In this document: in pieces, positions 31,665 to 32,818 of the stretch
Layout of the letters: each line of letters starts with the position of its first letter
Numbering within the stretch: position 1 is the stretch's first letter
Notes under the pieces: generated by a model
The model's database searches: none
What the model was told of the DNA's origin: nothing
The model's input: only the letters and a program-made list of their open reading frames with translations
Translations under genes and position numbers: made by a program
DNA from: Desulfuromonadaceae bacterium
GTDB taxonomy: Bacteria > Desulfobacterota > Desulfuromonadia > Desulfuromonadales > BM103
Length of the DNA: 32,818 bases
Assembly (NCBI GenBank): GCA_041310635.1
Contig: JBFYXI010000019.1
Coordinates: 1 to 32,818 of the forward strand
Direction of reading: 5' to 3'

Positions 31665-32303
31665 ATGAAAACCTTGCTCATAATTGGTGCGACAGGCCAA
31701 GTCGGGCAGGAGATATTGCAGCTGGCCTTGCAACATCACGAGATTTTTCGGGTGATAGCGCCCACGCGCCGCCCCTTGCCATCTCATGCAAAGCTTGAAA
31801 ATCCCATTGTCAATTTCGATAGTCTTCCGAAAGACGCCCCTTGGTGGAAAGCTGACTTTGCGCTCTGCACTCTGGGAACCACGTTACGTCAGGCGAAATC
31901 CAGGGCTGCCTTTTATCGCGTGGACCATGATTATACCTTGACTATGGCAGAACTGGCCCATCTGGCTGGAACCCCGACGTTCGGACTGGTTTCTTCACTG
32001 GGCGCCAATCCCCTGTCTCTAGTGTTCTATCTTAGGGTTAAGGGGGAGATTGAGCGAGATCTCGCTGCCCTGGGATTTACTTCTTTGGTCATCGTGAGGC
32101 CCTCGCTGCTGGTCTGGGGTCCGCGATCCAGCGGCCGGCCATTAGAAGCTGTTGGCCTCTTTCTCGGCGAACATCTTGCCGCACTGCTTCCCCGGCGATA
32201 TCGGGCAGTGTCAACACATAACGTGGCGAGGGCACTGTTCGCCGCTGCTCTTCGTTCGCCCGCGGGACTTCACCTGATCGAATCAGAGAAACTCTCGGAC
32301 TGA
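31665..32303 (+). CDS. NAD(P)H-binding (atypical SDR / NmrA-HTATIP2-like) protein
   Basis: 212 aa. The N-terminal Rossmann motif is LLIIGATGQVGQ. Confidence 0.7.
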   Translation: MKTLLIIGATGQVGQEILQLALQHHEIFRVIAPTRRPLPSHAKLENPIVNFDSLPKDAPWWKADFALCTLGTTLRQAKSRAAFYRVDHDYTLTMAELAHLAGTPTFGLVSSLGANPLSLVFYLRVKGEIERDLAALGFTSLVIVRPSLLVWGPRSSGRPLEAVGLFLGEHLAALLPRRYRAVSTHNVARALFAAALRSPAGLHLIESEKLSD

Positions 32304-32339
32304 ATGCCCTCCCCGACAACTATGCTCAGAGGAGCACCC

Positions 32340-32717
32340 ATGAAAATCAAGAAAGCCTTTCTCATTGCAGCGTTCATCATCGTTTCGGTCATAGCCTTGC
32401 TCTATGGTGTGAATCCCCAATGGTTCGGCCGCACGTTCCTGAACCTGCCACAGCTCGATCCAAACATTGCACATATCCTCCGGGCAGTCATGTGTCTGTA
32501 TCTGGCGCTGGGGTTATTCTGGTTGTATTCGGCATTCAACCAAAAATATCGAAACGTCGCAGTTCTTACTACGATAATCTTCTCTGGCGGCTTGGTCACA
32601 GGAAGAATTATCAGCTACTTCAGGGAGGGGCAACCAGCACCGCTGTTGACATTTTATATTATTGCTGAATTAGCGCTTATACCGTTGGCCTACTGGGTCT
32701 TTACCTTGGAAGAGTGA
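32340..32717 (+). CDS. Small integral membrane protein (DUF4345-like)
   Basis: From ATG 32340, preceded by AGAGGAG, the protein has four hydrophobic segments (MKIKKAFLIAAFIIVSVIALLYG...). The family assignment is by recollection only. Confidence 0.55.
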   Translation: MKIKKAFLIAAFIIVSVIALLYGVNPQWFGRTFLNLPQLDPNIAHILRAVMCLYLALGLFWLYSAFNQKYRNVAVLTTIIFSGGLVTGRIISYFREGQPAPLLTFYIIAELALIPLAYWVFTLEE

Positions 32718-32818
32718 AGTGCGGTCCATTTCGTTGCCAACGATTAATTTTTGACCAAAACCCACAGTGGATTTGACTGTGCTTAACGTGACATAACCCG
32801 CGGGAAACTATTTACAAG

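Overview
This is a GC-rich bacterial chromosomal window made almost entirely of housekeeping genes. The gene content, a c7-like multihaem cytochrome and system II cytochrome c biogenesis suggest a Desulfuromonadales-like deltaproteobacterium, but that taxon call is inference only.

Gene order, left to right:
- clpS-clpA-aat, the N-degron module.
- A hexahaem cytochrome c (minus strand).
- A THUMP-type RNA methyltransferase, rpsU and class II fba.
- A ChaN/PDZ lipoprotein (minus strand).
- A polyamine cluster: XRE-cupin regulator, carboxy(nor)spermidine dehydrogenase, carboxy(nor)spermidine decarboxylase and speA.
- An IS630-family insertion.
- A minus-strand thiamine operon: TPP riboswitch with terminator, a thiE/thiD fusion, then thiC.
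- alr, followed by a stand-alone DUF4445/ASKHA ATPase.
- purH, purD (apparent 1-nt frameshift) and purE.
- resB-ccsA, a small N6-type methyltransferase, a DUF721 gene and a small membrane protein gene (both minus strand), and mgtE.
- An IS256-family element whose transposase is frameshifted.
- A visibly more AT-rich tail with an NAD(P)-binding protein and a DUF4345-like membrane protein.

I found no obvious novel protein-coding system. The most unusual content is non-coding. About a third of the intergenic spacers carry hairpin-forming elements built from tandem 7-nt (occasionally 8-nt) units such as CTGGTTG, CTGGGGN, CCTAGGA/TCTTGAA and ACAGAAT/CTGAATT.
- Several share a conserved apex, GGTTTTGCCAG, and CTAG-containing termini.
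- The terminus of three elements supplies the stop codon of the upstream gene.
- One locus holds a perfect (CAACCAG)13 tract.
- One array lies in frame inside a CDS.
- One array was hit by the IS630 at a CTAG.

All coordinates of structures and motifs were derived by eye from the sequence. No searches were run.
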